A stretch of 64,000 nucleotides of DNA from Phoronis australis (taxonomy: Eukaryota > Animalia > Phoronida), in the NCBI GenBank assembly GCA_002633005.1, contig NMRA01000089.1, positions 372,001 to 436,000 of the forward strand, read 5' to 3'. Under the pieces are notes generated by a model. The model saw only the letters and a list, made by a program, of their open reading frames with translations. It ran no database searches and had not been told where the DNA came from. The first letter of the stretch is position 1, and the number at the start of each line of letters is the position of its first letter. The translations under genes were made by a program, and so were the position numbers. Below are positions 61,201 to 64,000 of this stretch, piece after piece.

Positions 61201-63205
61201 AAAGCATGGTGTCAGAACGAGACTTCAAACTAGTATAAACTGATTAGTATTGACCATGGACTTCCTGAAACTGCTTAAATTATCATCCGATTCAGTTAAT
61301 CTCTGACTAGAGAGTCGAGGCATAGCAACTTTGGACCCTTGATCGTGTAAACAAAGCGAGCAGACAACAGCATAGCAAAGCATATACAAACATTATAGGA
61401 GACTAAGATATCAGAGGAAAGAAGTACTTTTCTGGTCGTATGATATGTCCTCACGCAACACTACTCTTGCTCAGTTCATATGACCTGACATTGCTCTGGC
61501 GATCGGTCCATATTTGTACACTATCATTAAATTCTTCATCTTATCCAGGTGCCACATTCGACGTTGCCATGCGATTCTTGCACGAGTGTCCATGGGAGCG
61601 ACTGGAACAGTTGCGTGATTTGGTGCCCAACATTCCCTTCCAGATGCTTCTAAGAGGTGCGAATGGTGTTGGTTACACCAGTTACCCGGACAACGCTGTT
61701 TTCAAGTAGGTCACAAGGGTCATACTTGCGACTAAAAAATTGTGATGGTACTCATCCACTTATGACGTCTCCTAAAGCTGCATTCCTCCCGTTTAGCTGT
61801 TCATGTTAAATTCTTAACCAAAGCACTTTTGAGTTAGAAACATTACCACACTCTCCAATAGTAAATTATTGACGAATGAGCCTGCACCTCAAGTGACATA
61901 CACTGCATACAATGGGCTTCTTTCAAATCCACTATTTTACGCTGGCCAAAACCAATAAACTGATGCATTTTCTTGAATCGCTGATGGTTTCGATGTTCTT
62001 GGTGGTAATGGAAATATAATCCTATCGCAACAAGGAATGTTATGAGTGTGATTTATGAGATCAAAAGGCCCAATTTTTGATTTCCATTTTTAGCCTACGA
62101 AATGGTGAAATGCTGCTTTATTCAAAGCCTTTTGCCCTGCACCAGAATAAGTAACGGTCACTTGTTTGTGCGTTATTTTAATTGTGCTTTGTGTGGATTT
62201 TTCTCAGTGTTTGAATTAACCTAGACTGAAACTGCTCAAATTTTTAGATAATTTTATTAAAATCTCATGGTGACAGATCATGTGACAGATCACATGACAG
62301 ATCAGTTGCTTATGATGATCTTTCAAATTCATACAATGTCTCATCAGCCCTCTTCTCCTACTCTCATGTAATTGTTATCACGTGCAAAATACTGGAAGTG
62401 CGGTCAATCTCATGTGGTCACCGTATTTCTCACAAATTCAACAATGATTTTCGGTTGTTTTCTTGTAAATTTCCTTGAAATTTTTTGACACAACCCCGAC
62501 CAAGCTAGACCTTTTTGAAGAAATTCTAAGATCATCTCAACTCATATGTGTTAACGATGCTTCACACTGCAATGCTTTGTGCTTCAATAGTTCTAATCTC
62601 ACTTTGTTAGATTCTGCGAAGTTGCAAAGAACACTGGCATGGACATTTTCCGTGTGTTTGATTCTCTCAACTATCTACCTAACCTTCTGCTTGGTATGGA
62701 GGCAGCTGGAGCTGCAGGTAGTATTGTTGGTATTACTTCACTAGAGGGAGCTTTCAGTCAGTGCACGCTTTAAAACTGTGGATTTTCAAATTATTGATTA
62801 TATAATCCTTTAAATTGTATTTTGACTATTTATCGAACACGCTGTGACTATCTTATTTGAATTTTTATTTTGTTGTTTGACAGAGTGTATTATTTTTTCA
62901 GTTAATTTCCTTCTATCATTGGCTAAAATGGCATTCAGAAAGACCGCCAGAAGATTGAATGTCTTCTTCCAGCTTCTTTGAATTTGCTCTGTGACCTAAA
63001 TAATCTGTGGGACAATTTTGTCTTGCAATGAGTTTTATATTGAATGCTGTAACTCGGTTGATTGCCACCAGGTGGAGTTGTGGAGGGGGCTATCTCATAC
63101 ACGGGTGATGTTTCCGACCCATCGCGTACAAAGTACAACCTGGATTATTACATGAACCTGGCTGATGAACTTGTTAAAGCAGGCACTCACATACTATGCA
63201 TAAAG
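49266..63205 (+). CDS. PC: Pyruvate carboxylase, mitochondrial; 5' part, continues beyond the window
   Basis: Exons 49266-49428, 49845-50029 (copy 52020-52204), 50356-50521 (copy 52531-52696), 53444-53589, 53975-54092, 54962-55232, [one exon missing at gap 55943], 56250-56432, 56591-56825, 60389-60613, 61549-61705, 62611-62717, 63072-63205. Arg-rich transit peptide; [70 protein letters not shown]. Confidence 0.98.
49712..53422 (+). other. Haplotype-like duplication (49712-51251 / 51887-53422) repeating PC coding exons 2-3
   Basis: N at 51252; the four exonic differences I found are all synonymous. Confidence 0.85.
55714..55942 (+). mobile_element. Second copy of the Helentron/DINE-1-like (HINE) element, truncated by a gap
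   Basis: Near-identical to 7166-~7410, including the hairpin (55720-55749) and (GTCC)n. Confidence 0.7.
57051..57095 (+). CDS. PC: Candidate 45-nt cassette exon of PC ([15 protein letters not shown])
   Basis: ttgcatctgttttag acceptor, tag|gtgaat donor, phase 1-1, no stop. Confidence 0.35.
57636..57644 (+). CDS. PC: Candidate 9-nt microexon of PC (AKK)
   Basis: ttgctctttattttatag|CCAAGAAAG|gtaagt: consensus sites, frame-preserving in a phase-1 intron. Confidence 0.6.
58159..58264. repeat. 53-bp tandem duplication (2 copies, 1 mismatch)
   Basis: gaagtagcttaaataagaatttggtga(g/a)gatgttcgataacaaaactgtatta repeated. Confidence 0.9.
58538..58552 (+). CDS. PC: Candidate 15-nt microexon of PC (GTQRK)
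   Basis: ttgtttgtag|GAACACAACGTAAAG|gttaga; phase 1-1. The donor resembles the aag|gttagt donor used at 63205. Confidence 0.4.
59348..59575. repeat. Degenerate inverted repeat / MITE remnant in a PC intron
   Basis: aaacttgcaaattc (~59357) pairs with gaatttgcaagttt (~59552), extended by tttattggc / gccaataaa. Confidence 0.5.
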
Positions 63206-63790
63206 GTTAGTATGAATAAGCTGACGTGGGCACATGTGCCTTGGTCGACTTTGAAATTTGACATCTTTCCGTGTGTCTGTCCACCCGTCTGTCTGTCTGT
63301 CCATCCGTCCGCCTGCATGGAACATTAAAAGTATTGTTGAAAAACTGTGACAGTCACTTAAGTTGTATTTCATGAAAGAAAACCCTTTCAAAGCAACGCC
63401 GCAGATAATCGGCTACTTGTCTATAAATTGGACGTGCTCTTGAAATATGTCTCGTGGCATTGTTTCCAGATTATCTACTCAAGCATACAATGACGATTCA
63501 GAATATTTCATCTTTCATGGTTGTTGACATCACAGATATTTGTAACTTGGTGATGTGAAACTACGTTTACAATTAATTATTTTGGTTTTAAGCTTAAGAA
63601 TCTTTCATGCAAAAGATTTGCTTGACATCTACGTATCAGTTTGTTGAATTTTGAGTCTCTCTTTCTCTATGATTTTCTTTTTGTTTGATAGTAGCATAGT
63701 CGTACGTAAACCAGAAAGCACAGATCCATTCAATGCTATTCTTATGTATGCAAATGACATGTATTGATCCCCAATGTATCGTTTACACAT

Positions 63791-63891
63791 CACCAATGTA
63801 TGATGTCACCAATGTATGATGTCACCAATGTTTGATGTCACCAATGTATGATGTCACTAATGTATGATGTCACCAATGTATGATGTCACCA
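63791..63891. repeat. 16-bp minisatellite, ~6 copies
   Basis: Unit caccaatgtatgatgt at 16-nt spacing. Confidence 0.95.
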
Positions 63892-64000
63892 GATGTTATT
63901 GAGCTGACGACCATCCCACAATGCATTGCTTCCGTAATAACAATGCGGCCAATGCAGTTTGCTGCAGTAAATGAAATCCCTGAATTAGCGTGCTTGGCAA

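Overview
AT-rich, intron-rich genomic DNA from a metazoan, most likely a highly heterozygous marine invertebrate; the taxon cannot be fixed from sequence alone. Five spliced protein-coding genes were reconstructed by hand from GT-AG sites and reading-frame phase: the 3' half of TTC7 (+, 810-11026); STPG4/C2orf61 (-, 12197-16567, tail-to-tail with TTC7 as in human); a type II membrane SGNH/PC-esterase-like protein (-, 23390-28272); a type I membrane kelch-propeller protein with a YSKV tail (-, 34911-37731); and the 5' part of pyruvate carboxylase (+, 49266 to beyond the window end). Repeats include a decayed LINE interrupted by a 2.1-kb TIR element, two MITEs, two Helentron/DINE-1-like elements, and mini- and microsatellites. 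Five ~0.9-1.6 kb tandem 'duplications' are each joined by a single N and look like uncollapsed haplotypes. One conserved PC exon is missing at a gap. The strongest leads are a cluster of frame-preserving candidate micro/mini-exons (45, 9 and 15 nt) in the PC inter-domain linker intron, a ~260-nt strongly self-complementary element in STPG4 intron 1, and the uncharacterised kelch receptor-like protein. No CRISPR array, tRNA or rRNA was found. All homology calls are from recognition, not from database searches.
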